Below, piece by piece: positions 1 to 8,496 of a stretch of 64,000 bases of DNA (position 1 is the stretch's first letter; each line of letters opens with the position of its first letter). The DNA comes from a virus (lineage: Duplodnaviria > Caudoviricetes): positions 484 to 64,483 of IMG/VR virus record IMGVR_UViG_2821032209_000001, one strand, 5' to 3'. The position numbers were made by a program, and so were the translations under genes. Below the pieces are notes generated by a model that worked only from the letters and a program-made list of their open reading frames with translations, searched no databases and was not told the DNA's origin.

Positions 1-226
1 CGGATGCAGCGAGCATTTCCTTCCAGATAACGCCGCAAGCTTGTGTGCCAGCCATATGTGTCATCGCGCCCTCGATCTTCATTCGGTCACTCGGCTCCTG
101 CAGAGCGGCGAGGATGGTGGAGAGGATGCGTTGTGACGTTTCCTGAAGGGTCCAGGCGTACAGATTGCCATCCAAGATAAGTTCCTTCACTTCCTCAATC
201 AGTTCGGCGCGTTCCTTACTCGGCAT
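1..226 (-). CDS. Hypothetical phage protein, 3' end runs off the window (MPSKERAELIEEVKELILDG...)
   Basis: ATG at 226 preceded by AAGGAGG; open to the window edge; overlaps the upstream stop. Confidence 0.6.
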   Translation of the reverse strand, partial: MPSKERAELIEEVKELILDGNLYAWTLQETSQRILSTILAALQEPSDRMKIEGAMTHMAGTQACGVIWKEMLAAS

Positions 227-392
227 GGCTGGCCTCCTTGTCTGAGTGCGACCTAAAAGCTTCTTCATCACGCCATCCAGATGACCATTGCCAATATTTG
301 GCGCTGCCTTTCGGATAAGGGTTCTGATCCCGCGCGGTGCCTTGTCGATAAGCTTTACGGCCTTCCTCAGCTTTGTTGTCGAAGTAGCTCAT
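216..392 (-). CDS. Small Rmf/CrpP-fold-like protein
   Basis: MSYFDNKAEEGRKAYRQGTARDQNPYP...WQWSSGW fits the G-x-A-x3-G...PY...W-x2-GW pattern of Rmf-like phage proteins. Confidence 0.5.
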   Translation of the reverse strand: MSYFDNKAEEGRKAYRQGTARDQNPYPKGSAKYWQWSSGWRDEEAFRSHSDKEASHAE

Positions 393-546
393 AGCGTGAC
401 GGTCTCCTTTGCGCGCAAGAGGGCGATGCACGGGTTTAAACCGGCGAATGCATCACGGATTTTCTGTTTGGTTGCCGCAATATTCACGTTGTGAGCGTCT
501 TCCCTGTCAGGCGCGTCTAGCTTGGAGAGACGAAAAATGAGGTCGG

Positions 547-1053
547 TCATGCTGCTTCTCCCAATATAGGAAGGGTTAATAGGCCAAGGCCGTTCTTAGC
601 TGCCGAAATGAGCGCCTGAACGCCTTGATCGCCGGACGCAAAAAGGGTTGTTCCGGTGGATGGAGAACCACCGATACTGCCGTCTGGGCGAATGAATTTT
701 ATTTTTCCTGATACGAACAAAATGGCATCTGCGCTTCTTGCAGCCTTCTGCCACCATGGTGCACTAGATCTATCTGGAGTTAGCGCTACGCCATTACCGT
801 GTCGGAAGAACGCATCCAGCCACGGTTCAAGTCCGTTTCGCCCTCCGAATGGAGGGTTCATCCAGACAAAACCAGTCCAGAACGGCGCAAGTTTCAGTCC
901 GTCATCCTCCTGATCCAACCATACCTTACAGGGGACGTCTTTACGCAGGAATGGCGAGGCTACATCCAGATCGAACACGCAATCTAACGCATCAAAAATG
1001 TACTTAGGCGTGTACCACTCATCAGAAGCGCCGAGTGTTTCCCAAAAACTCAT
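547..1053 (-). CDS. Phage DNA N6-adenine methyltransferase (Dam-like, PF05869 type)
   Basis: SDEWYTP, FDLDVAS and VWMNPPFG catalytic motif. Confidence 0.85.
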   Translation of the reverse strand: MSFWETLGASDEWYTPKYIFDALDCVFDLDVASPFLRKDVPCKVWLDQEDDGLKLAPFWTGFVWMNPPFGGRNGLEPWLDAFFRHGNGVALTPDRSSAPWWQKAARSADAILFVSGKIKFIRPDGSIGGSPSTGTTLFASGDQGVQALISAAKNGLGLLTLPILGEAA

Positions 1054-2105
1054 TTATGACCCTCCGTCTTGAACAGAGCGTCACGAATGGACTTGGCGCG
1101 GCTCTTTAAATGATAAGCAACATCATCAACAAGCCCTGACACTTCACAGGCTTCACGCTCGCAATTCAGCGCGGCTTCATTTTTTCCTTTTTCCCATCCA
1201 CTACGAAATGCAACTTCGACATCAGTCTTTAAAACTGACTTCGTATCAAATTTCCCATCCAAAACACCATCCAGCACCGTGCGGGCTGTGTGAACGGCCT
1301 CCTTCATAAAATCATCAAGAGGAAATCTACGACGCGAAAGCGGAGTGTCGTAACAACCCATCAGGTTTTGCAGAGCTTCAAGGGCCTCCGTTAGCTTGGC
1401 TTCGATGGCTATTACCTGTTGGATAAGTTTTTCGTTCCTTGAACTTTCGGCTTCCGGGTTTCCGAGAACAAGTCGCGCATCTTCTACAGCACGGAAATGT
1501 TCGGGGCTTTCAATCGGATGCGAGATGATGCTGAGGATCATTGCATCCTTCGCCGCGTTGTCGGCTTCGAGTTCTGCGATCAGACAGTCTTTAGTATGGC
1601 ATTCATTGACAGCGCTGATTAACAGTTCGTCGGCGCGATTGTGTGTCGCACGCTCATTATTTGCATCTTCATTGCATCTGTATTTTGCTTGGTATGCATA
1701 TTGAAGGCGGTTCTCCAACTCGTTAATCCTAGCGTCCTTCGCCGCCAATAGCTCCTCAGCCTGCTCGACCAGCATGACCGGGGTTCTGAAGTCACCGCCA
1801 GCTTTAGGAATGATTACAGCTTTGCTGACAGCATCTTCCATCAGAAGCCCAATCGTGCCTCTGTGTGCGTAGCCAATCGTCACCAGTCCCGTATCTGTAG
1901 CTGCAGGCGCGGGGCGGGTGTTCCAGCGCTTAGATGCGTCCTCGTATGCTTCCTCTTGGGTCTCATACTTGAACTCGCTCATCGGGCCGATCATGTCGTC
2001 GCAATCAATACATTTAATGTGTGCGATCCAGCCTTCTATGTCGGCATAGTAAGTTTCGAGATTGCTACCCACGCAAAACGGGCACGGCTTCAGTTCACTC
2101 GCCAT
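1050..2105 (-). CDS. Lar-like (restriction alleviation) Zn-finger N-terminus fused to a coiled-coil phage domain
   Basis: ELKPCPFC...C-x2-C...RWNTRP Lar signature; ATG at 2105 with AGGAGG. Confidence 0.65.
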   Translation of the reverse strand: MASELKPCPFCVGSNLETYYADIEGWIAHIKCIDCDDMIGPMSEFKYETQEEAYEDASKRWNTRPAPAATDTGLVTIGYAHRGTIGLLMEDAVSKAVIIPKAGGDFRTPVMLVEQAEELLAAKDARINELENRLQYAYQAKYRCNEDANNERATHNRADELLISAVNECHTKDCLIAELEADNAAKDAMILSIISHPIESPEHFRAVEDARLVLGNPEAESSRNEKLIQQVIAIEAKLTEALEALQNLMGCYDTPLSRRRFPLDDFMKEAVHTARTVLDGVLDGKFDTKSVLKTDVEVAFRSGWEKGKNEAALNCEREACEVSGLVDDVAYHLKSRAKSIRDALFKTEGHK

Positions 2106-2265
2106 GACGGTCGCCTCCTGATGGGTGGGTGGCAGAAGTCCATGCGTCACGATCAAGGATGCGCTGCAACCGTTGGGCTTTACGTGCCAATTCTTCGGCA
2201 TCGTTCGTAAGGTCGTAAATCTCCTGCTGTATTCTCGATCTTTGCGCTTGCGTCAGCTTGCTCAT
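2095..2265 (-). CDS. Small hypothetical protein (MSKLTQAQRSRIQQEIY...)
   Basis: 56-codon ORF coupled to both neighbours, GGAGG RBS. Confidence 0.5.
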   Translation of the reverse strand: MSKLTQAQRSRIQQEIYDLTNDAEELARKAQRLQRILDRDAWTSATHPSGGDRHGE

Positions 2266-2723
2266 TCCGCGCCCTCCGAAGTTGGTGCAGAGGGGAGGAT
2301 TTCGGCGACGTGATTGCGTAATTGCAGCAGCGCCGTGAAGCCTTCTGCCGATGTTTCAGGGAAAAGTTTGCACCTGTCGTAAAGCTCTCCGGCCTTCTGC
2401 AACCACCCATCCCCCTCAACCTTACCGGCGTCGGCATGATCCGGGGAGGATAGGGCGCGGATGGCAGCGGCGTGTAGACGGTGGAAATGCGCAATCAACT
2501 TGAACGGGACGCCATCGAGTGCACCGTTACGGGTTGAATAATACTCGGCTTCCTTGTCGTGGTATCGCGCCGCTTCATCCAGTCCCAACTCACGCGCGGC
2601 GGATGGCTGTGCGATGAAGGCGGCTTGCAGAGCTTCCCGTGCGATGCCGCTCGGCAATATGTATCGCTTCAGGCGAAGATACGCCTGCATAGCGCCTATT
2701 GCCTTTTCACTCGCCTCCATCAC
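2262..2723 (-). CDS. Hypothetical phage protein
   Basis: 153-aa ORF translationally coupled within the leftward operon. Confidence 0.6.
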   Translation of the reverse strand: MMEASEKAIGAMQAYLRLKRYILPSGIAREALQAAFIAQPSAARELGLDEAARYHDKEAEYYSTRNGALDGVPFKLIAHFHRLHAAAIRALSSPDHADAGKVEGDGWLQKAGELYDRCKLFPETSAEGFTALLQLRNHVAEILPSAPTSEGAE

Positions 2724-2965
2724 ACCGCCCTCCGCTGCCGACGGCGATTGTCGTTGGCCGGATTACGACGCTGGCGCGGAGCGCCATAACGGAACCGAAC
2801 GCCGGTAATGCGCGCCAGCTCGAAGGCGGTGTCTCGCAGCGTTTCGGCCTCAGTGTGATAACCAAGCGCGCGCACTGCCTTTGAAATCGACAGGACCTGC
2901 GCGGCGGTCGTGCCTTGCTGCTGGAATTCGGCGGCAGTCAGGGTGGGTCTGTGGATTGCAGACAT
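2720..2965 (-). CDS. Hypothetical protein ending PANDNRRRQRRAV
   Basis: ATG at 2965 follows the ACACGAGGAG RBS motif. Confidence 0.65.
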   Translation of the reverse strand: MSAIHRPTLTAAEFQQQGTTAAQVLSISKAVRALGYHTEAETLRDTAFELARITGVRFRYGAPRQRRNPANDNRRRQRRAV

Positions 2966-3074
2966 AGGTGTCTCCTCGTGTTGGTGGGTGCAAAAAGCCG
3001 TGGCGCCAGATGCGCAAGGGATGTCATTCTTGGAGGATCGGGGGCTTAAGCGCCCCGTCGCTATCTTTCGTGCC

Positions 3075-3308
3075 TCATGCCGATAGACCCATCCCAACGC
3101 CGCACACAGCAACGCAAAAGGCTACAACGACCGTCATTTCGACCGCTTCACGGGCCGCATAGCGCAGCCACGGCTGTGGGCGGCCATGCTTCCTCGCCTT
3201 GTAATCAGGGCGGCGCATTGGCTCGACATTGCCTGCAGCGTTATGACCGGCATCGGTCTGCACGTCTGGTTCCAAGTCGGCGAGCAATTCCAAAAGGGCG
3301 CGGTTCAT
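3075..3308 (-). CDS. Small hypothetical protein with a C-terminal hydrophobic segment
   Basis: ORF coupled (ATGA) to the upstream gene. Confidence 0.5.
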   Translation of the reverse strand: MNRALLELLADLEPDVQTDAGHNAAGNVEPMRRPDYKARKHGRPQPWLRYAAREAVEMTVVVAFCVAVCGVGMGLSA

Positions 3309-3631
3309 GCTGCAGCCCTCCGGTCTTTTGCCGGTACGTTGTCGTTCGCGACAGGCTCAAGGTAGTAAAAGCCCTGATTGCCGCGTCCGCAGCCTTGTTT
3401 TGGAATTGTCCATCCGTGGGATGGCAGCATCTTGCGCAGGCCAACCATAGTTGTTCTGATTACACCGACCGCGTTTTCTGGGCCGCCATTTGGATCAAAT
3501 GCATAAACGTTATCGACGAGATCGCGCATGTGCATGCGGCGAGGGTAAACGTCGGACAGGGCCTCTATGATTGCCAGTTCGGTGCGTCGGAAATGGACTG
3601 CGCCCAATTCCTCATAGGGATCGCGCTCCAT
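3305..3631 (-). CDS. Winged-helix (OmpR/PhoB C-terminal-like) DNA-binding protein
   Basis: TELAIIEAL...RDLVDNVY...NAVGVIRTTMVGLRKML...GFYYL pattern; GGAGG RBS; ends ANDNVPAKDRRAAA. Confidence 0.6.
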   Translation of the reverse strand: MERDPYEELGAVHFRRTELAIIEALSDVYPRRMHMRDLVDNVYAFDPNGGPENAVGVIRTTMVGLRKMLPSHGWTIPKQGCGRGNQGFYYLEPVANDNVPAKDRRAAA

Positions 3632-3632
3632 T

Positions 3633-3899
3633 TTAAGCAGCCTCCGCCAGCTCAACTGGAGCACAGCAAGCCACTGCGCCGCTCGTCTGGAAAACTTCGA
3701 ACGTCTCGCCGGGGCACAGGGCAGCGAGGCGCGTCGCCTCGGCCAAGGCCTGCTCAAACGAGCCGTGTTCGTATGGCATGGTGGTGAAGACGCCAACGCG
3801 GCCAGTCTTCTTGCCGCGGCGGAATACAAAGAATCCGCCGCCGATGATTTCATTCGGGCGAGGCTTCGAGCTTCTTCTTCTCGGTGCTTTTGCTGACAT
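3633..3899 (-). CDS. Hypothetical protein, first gene of the leftward early operon
   Basis: Start follows ACACGAGGAG; 88-aa ORF. Confidence 0.65.
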   Translation of the reverse strand: MSAKAPRRRSSKPRPNEIIGGGFFVFRRGKKTGRVGVFTTMPYEHGSFEQALAEATRLAALCPGETFEVFQTSGAVACCAPVELAEAA

Positions 3900-3976
3900 G
3901 TGAGTTTCTCCTCGTGTTTTGGTCGGTGGGCCAGCAGATCAAGCTGGTGAGGCTGTCTTCGTGCTGTGCTGTCATC

Positions 3977-4006
3977 GTTATATGCGATATAGTCAACAAA
4001 TGTCAA
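3977..4006 (-). promoter_or_regulatory. PL-like sigma70 promoter
   Basis: TTGACA (4006-4001), 17-18 nt spacer, TATAAC; flanked by TGTCATCG/CGATGACA motifs also found at PR. Confidence 0.6.
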
Positions 4007-4064
4007 TGCCATACGATGACAAAAACACATACTCGAAAATGATATGGTTTATTAACTATAAATT

Positions 4065-4079
4065 GTTCTTGAAATGTTC
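4065..4079 (+). promoter_or_regulatory. Alphaproteobacterial LexA (SOS) box
   Basis: GTTC-TTGAAAT-GTTC = GTTC-N7-GTTC, upstream of 4122..4346. Confidence 0.65.
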
Positions 4080-4121
4080 CGACGCAAGTGGAATCCTTAG
4101 TCTCATACTGAGGAGAGGCGG

Positions 4122-4346
4122 ATGGCTGCGTTATTTGTCGTTCAATCCTTCACCGAGTGCCGGTGGGGAATCGTTCCTGACAATCCGATCGAAGTTGAAA
4201 ACGAAGATCAGGCTGTGAGGTTGGCGGAGAGACTCGCGCCAATAAAGCCCGCAGTCATTGCGGTCTATCGTTGGAATAATCAGGCTGAAGTAATTGCAAT
4301 GTTCGGACGCGTGCCAGAGGCCGTCCTAGAGGCCGCAAACGGCTAA
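4122..4346 (+). CDS. Small hypothetical protein, probably SOS-regulated
   Basis: AGGAGAGG RBS; 74 aa; LexA box upstream; convergent with cI. Confidence 0.7.
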   Translation: MAALFVVQSFTECRWGIVPDNPIEVENEDQAVRLAERLAPIKPAVIAVYRWNNQAEVIAMFGRVPEAVLEAANG

Positions 4347-5036
4347 TCAGCGCGTGTTGTACTTTCCGACAACGCGATGACAAACGGGCCAGTCGGCACG
4401 GAACTCTTTGAATTCCTTATGCGGATTGTATTGCTCGAGCATCCATTCACGGTCATTGAAACCAACGAGCCGCTTGATGATGGCCTCGTTCTCGTCCATT
4501 TCGCTAGTGTGATAAAGGATCACATCTTCGTCGCGCATGGGCGGAAGATTGGGGTTCACGAGCGCGGTTTCACCGGGCCGATAGGCCGGGACCATGGAAT
4601 CTCCCGACAATAGAAGGCCATAGCCGCCCTTAACGCCTTGCAGGACGGCTGGCATCTTCATGTAGCTGATTGGATCGAACGTAATTATTACGTGACCGTC
4701 GCCGCCCTTGGCGGCTGCATAGACGGGGAGGTCGCGTTGATCTCCAACCAGTTCGTTGCCAGGAATGATTTTTGGAGTGAATACATCGGCAGGGCGCTCG
4801 CCTGTTATCGGCTCCCGCGTCTGGAACATTTGCCCTTTGCCAAATGCCAGCCAGTCTTCACTAAGATCCAATGCACGCGCTAGGCGGGCAACAAAATCCA
4901 CGCTGGCCCCGCGCTTCCCGCCTTCAAGCAAACTGATCGACGACTTGTCACGGCCGATGAGGGCGGCAAGATCGGCTTGACTCATATTCTTTGCTTCACG
5001 CGCCGTACGAAGGCGCTGGGCGAAATCGTTGTCCAT
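4347..5036 (-). CDS. CI-type repressor (XRE HTH + S24 autopeptidase)
   Basis: RLRTAREAKNMSQADLAALIG HTH; SGDSMVP (Ser) and IIKRL (Lys) S24 dyad. Confidence 0.92.
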   Translation of the reverse strand: MDNDFAQRLRTAREAKNMSQADLAALIGRDKSSISLLEGGKRGASVDFVARLARALDLSEDWLAFGKGQMFQTREPITGERPADVFTPKIIPGNELVGDQRDLPVYAAAKGGDGHVIITFDPISYMKMPAVLQGVKGGYGLLLSGDSMVPAYRPGETALVNPNLPPMRDEDVILYHTSEMDENEAIIKRLVGFNDREWMLEQYNPHKEFKEFRADWPVCHRVVGKYNTR

Positions 5037-5071
5037 GATGTGCTTTTCGCATATTGATGTGAAAATGTAAC

Positions 5072-5121
5072 GTGCGAATTTGTCATCGTGTGTTGACATC
5101 GGTGCGAATCTGTCATATCTA
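5072..5121 (+). promoter_or_regulatory. PR-like promoter overlapped by a direct operator-like repeat
   Basis: TTGACA 5093-5098, N17, TATCTA; GTGCGAATYTGTCAT at 5072 and 5102. Confidence 0.6.
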
Positions 5122-5576
5122 TACGTCATCAACCGACGCAGAAGACGTTGGGATCACAAAATGGCAGGCAACAGAATGAACATCCTCCCACGGATTTTCG
5201 CCCTTAATAGATAGAAACCATTTTTTGAGGAGAAGCGCCATGATGAACACAGCCGAAAGAAGCCGCATCGCTTCCGCGCCACAAGGGCCATAGATTTCAA
5301 AAGGGACACTGCCGACTGAAACGTCGGCGGTGCTTTCGGCGTGGCCTGAATAACCGCGAAAACCAATTTAACGGCGCCACGTCGAAAACTAAAAGGCGGA
5401 GTTTAAGAGCCGGCACCACCCGCTGCTCGCTCCGCCCCGTAATTACCGGACCACACGAGGAGGGCCGAAGCCACTTCCAAAGCCCAGCTTTCCTTGCCCA
5501 GTACCACCCGGGCCGACCAGACAGATGCCGTTAGACGCGGCATTTGTCAACCACCGCAAATCACACACGAGGAGAC

Positions 5577-5861
5577 ATGCAGCATTCATCAAGGCACGAA
5601 CTGCAGGCAACCGCCGCCGCGCACCGTAAACAAGGCGCATCATTCGGAAAGATCGCTGAACTGATGGGCATTACCAGAGGCCGCGCATGGTCGCTGCTTT
5701 CGGAAAGAACGCCCACGTTACCGGCGCCAGAGCCCACCGCAAGCACCGTTGTGCGGCGCACAACCTACAACGGCGGATATTCGGGAGGATGCATGGACAT
5801 TTATGTCTCGCTTCCCCGCATAACCATTCTGGACGGGCCGTATACGGACACAGTCCACTAG
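5577..5861 (+). CDS. Small HTH protein (GcrA-N-terminus-like / Cro-position regulator)
   Basis: RKQGASFGKIAELMGITRGRAWSLL HTH; ACACGAGGAG RBS. Confidence 0.6.
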   Translation: MQHSSRHELQATAAAHRKQGASFGKIAELMGITRGRAWSLLSERTPTLPAPEPTASTVVRRTTYNGGYSGGCMDIYVSLPRITILDGPYTDTVH

Positions 5862-5929
5862 CCTTTTGAGCAGGCCGACCGCGAGGATGACGGGGCCGAC
5901 GACTAACCTCCCTACGAGGAGGCCATTAC

Positions 5930-6100
5930 TTGAAAACGAAATACACACGAACTGGAGAGCGGGACATGACAAACCGCAAGCCTTACCGGACGGCTGCGCA
6001 AAAAGCAGAGGCGCGTGCTTCGGCACGTCTTATTGACGGCCGTTACGTTTCCAGCGCGCCAGTCATTTACCACCGCGCACCGAAAAGAGGTGCCGCATGA
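5930..6100 (+). CDS. Small basic hypothetical protein ending RGAA
   Basis: TTG start after ACGAGGAGG; coupled to 6097. Confidence 0.45.
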   Translation: MKTKYTRTGERDMTNRKPYRTAAQKAEARASARLIDGRYVSSAPVIYHRAPKRGAA

Positions 6101-6399
6101 CCTGCGATTGCGGTGAATGCTGGGACTTACCCGGCGAAATCGTCGTCCACCGGCTTTGGAAGTGGAAGGGCATCATTGTCGAGGAGCGGGACAATTACCG
6201 CTGGCTGACTGTGCGTTTCATGATTCCAGGCACGGGCCTTGTGCAACTTGAGGTCTCGCGCTTCGAAGTCAGCCCCTTTTTTGAAGAGGACGGCGGCGGT
6301 GTCGAGGCTGACAAGCCTGAAGATGACAACGTCATCCCGGTCGATTTCACCAAGAAGGTGAAGCTTACGAAAAACACCAAGACGAGGGGAGTAGCGTGA
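6097..6399 (+). CDS. Hypothetical phage protein
   Basis: 100-aa ORF coupled on both sides. Confidence 0.6.
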   Translation: MTCDCGECWDLPGEIVVHRLWKWKGIIVEERDNYRWLTVRFMIPGTGLVQLEVSRFEVSPFFEEDGGGVEADKPEDDNVIPVDFTKKVKLTKNTKTRGVA

Positions 6400-7220
6400 T
6401 GGCTAAGTTTAAAGTGGGTGATCGGGTAAAGATCCTACAGGACGACCCGCTTGGCGGATATCGCGTCGGTGATATCCTCACAGTAACCGGGATCGATGGC
6501 GCGTATGTTGAATTCATCGACAACGATGGCGACGAGAGATCGCGCGATGAAGACGAATTCGCGCCCATTGCGGAAGCAACCGGCAAGCCTGCCTTCAAGG
6601 TCGGCGACCGGGTGCGCTTGATAAAGGACGGCTTGTCTACGACGGGCGCGGTTGGAAAACTGGCTACGATCGAAGCGTGGTCTGGCGGGAAGGTCGTGGA
6701 TAATGGCCAATATCTGCTGAATATCGACGGACCTGTCGATTATGAAACGCTTGCGGTCAGGCCACAGTATACTCGTGCAAGCCCGAAATGTTTTGAACTG
6801 CTTGCGCCATCCCTCGCCATCGAAACCGGCAAGTTCTATCGTACCCGCGATGGGCGTAAGGTTGGGCCAATCACACGAACGGGCTTCAAAGAGTTGGTTT
6901 GGGAAAGTAATGATTGTTATTACGACGAAGACGGTCGCGCCTTGTATCTTGAGTCCACGAACGACCTCATCGCTGAATGGGTCGACGATCCAGCCAGCAA
7001 TGACAACCAACCGGTCGCGGAGCAACAGGCGGGAACCGTTTTTATCGACGCGTCCAAGGCCGGCCCTTCACAACTGCACGTGGCAAAAGGACCGCTAGTC
7101 CGCCTTAACAAGGGATATTACGGCTACGAGCTCGCCCGGTTCGGCGATTATGTCTGGGTCGAAATTGGGCAGAAAGCACCAATCGTAATGCGTGCAGACG
7201 CAGTAACGGTGGCAGCATGA
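6399..7220 (+). CDS. Phage protein with tandem SH3/KOW-like repeats
   Basis: Two (K/A)FKVGDRV repeats plus a GKFYRTRDGRKV module. Confidence 0.65.
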   Translation: MAKFKVGDRVKILQDDPLGGYRVGDILTVTGIDGAYVEFIDNDGDERSRDEDEFAPIAEATGKPAFKVGDRVRLIKDGLSTTGAVGKLATIEAWSGGKVVDNGQYLLNIDGPVDYETLAVRPQYTRASPKCFELLAPSLAIETGKFYRTRDGRKVGPITRTGFKELVWESNDCYYDEDGRALYLESTNDLIAEWVDDPASNDNQPVAEQQAGTVFIDASKAGPSQLHVAKGPLVRLNKGYYGYELARFGDYVWVEIGQKAPIVMRADAVTVAA

Positions 7221-7393
7221 CCTCCACCACGTACAGCCACACCCGCAACTATGCGCCTAAAGACTATGCGGACGGTGACACCTTCTACGAGCCGGAAACC
7301 ACGCTCGGCCTTGGTGACCGCTTTGTGTGGGGCTTGGCAGTTGTAGCGGCGCTCGCTCTGCCCGTCGGCTTTTACGCATGGGTGCTGGCATGA
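7217..7393 (+). CDS. Small membrane protein
   Basis: MTSTTYSH...FVWGLAVVAALALPVGFYAWVLA; ATGA-coupled. Confidence 0.45.
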   Translation: MTSTTYSHTRNYAPKDYADGDTFYEPETTLGLGDRFVWGLAVVAALALPVGFYAWVLA

Positions 7394-7587
7394 TTTCCTT
7401 CACCACAAAAGCCACGGCTGACATGCCGCACATCGATCCCGGGCGAAAGCCCGGTGTCGGACGCGTAGGGCAGTCCTTGACGCTTGCGGCGTTCGCGCTG
7501 GCAATCGCCACGACAATTGCTGCCTTCCTGTTCTGGAACCTGCTGCTGCCGTTTTACGGGCTGCTTTATTTGTGGGGTGCGGCATGA
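7390..7587 (+). CDS. Small membrane protein
   Basis: Hydrophobic C-terminal half; ATGA-coupled. Confidence 0.5.
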   Translation: MISFTTKATADMPHIDPGRKPGVGRVGQSLTLAAFALAIATTIAAFLFWNLLLPFYGLLYLWGAA

Positions 7588-7707
7588 CCGCCCCACGCGC
7601 ATGGCTGCTCACAAGCCTACCGGCATGGCTCGTAGGCTGGCTCATACTTGCGGCCGTCATCGCCGCAATCGCAGTTACCCACCACACCTACTGAACACGA
7701 GAGACCT

Positions 7708-8493
7708 ATGGCACTATCTCTTTCAAGCCTTAAGTCGACCAAGAGAAACGATCCGCCTGTGATCCTTCTCTACGGCGTCGACGGCATCGGAAAGACGTCG
7801 CTCGCGGCTGAATTCCCAGACCCGATCTATCTGGCAACCGAAGGCGAGCGCCCGCCGTCTGACATCGAAATGGCAACCCCCGGCACGATTGAATCCTTCG
7901 ACGATATGCTGAACGTCATCGGCGAACTGCTGACCGAAGAGCACGACCGGCGCACCGTGATTATCGACAGCCTCGATGGGCTGGAACCGCTTGTCTGGCG
8001 TGCGACATGCGCGCGCTTGGGCGTGGCGAGTATTGAAGAACCTGGATTCGGCCGCGGGTATGTTGAGGCCGACACCGAATGGAATGAGCTGATGAGCGCA
8101 GTCTCGGCGCTGGCGAGGGCCGGAATATATGTGGTGATGCTTGCGCACCCTGAGATTGTCCGCTTCGACAGCCCTATCACGGATCCATATTCGAGATATT
8201 CGGTCAAACTTCACAAAAGGGCAAACGCACTGGTTCGCGAGAAAGTCGATATCGTTGCTTTCTTGAACTACCGCGTATCGATTAAGGAAAAAGAGGTCGC
8301 CCGTCAAACGAAGGTTGCTCATGCCGAAGGCGGGAAAGAGCGTCAGATACACCTGAACGAAGGTGCTGGGTTCGTAGCAAAGAACCGGTTCAGTATGCCT
8401 GATACCGTTTCCTACAAAAAGGGACAGGGTTTCGATGACTTGGCGCGGTACTGGTCTCTAGCTAATGACAATGGCCGGCAGGAGGCTGCGTAA
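7708..8493 (+). CDS. Sak4-like (AAA_24/RecA-fold) single-strand annealing ATPase
   Basis: LLYGVDGIGKTS Walker A, VIIDSLD Walker B, AKNRF tail; upstream of a DUF669 SSB. Confidence 0.85.
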   Translation: MALSLSSLKSTKRNDPPVILLYGVDGIGKTSLAAEFPDPIYLATEGERPPSDIEMATPGTIESFDDMLNVIGELLTEEHDRRTVIIDSLDGLEPLVWRATCARLGVASIEEPGFGRGYVEADTEWNELMSAVSALARAGIYVVMLAHPEIVRFDSPITDPYSRYSVKLHKRANALVREKVDIVAFLNYRVSIKEKEVARQTKVAHAEGGKERQIHLNEGAGFVAKNRFSMPDTVSYKKGQGFDDLARYWSLANDNGRQEAA

Positions 8494-8496
8494 AAA

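Noticed and set aside
3305-4030. 241-aa ORF as given in the track
   Set aside because: The N-terminal part overlaps 3633..3899 and the PL region; the real start is likely ATG 3631 with a GGAGG RBS
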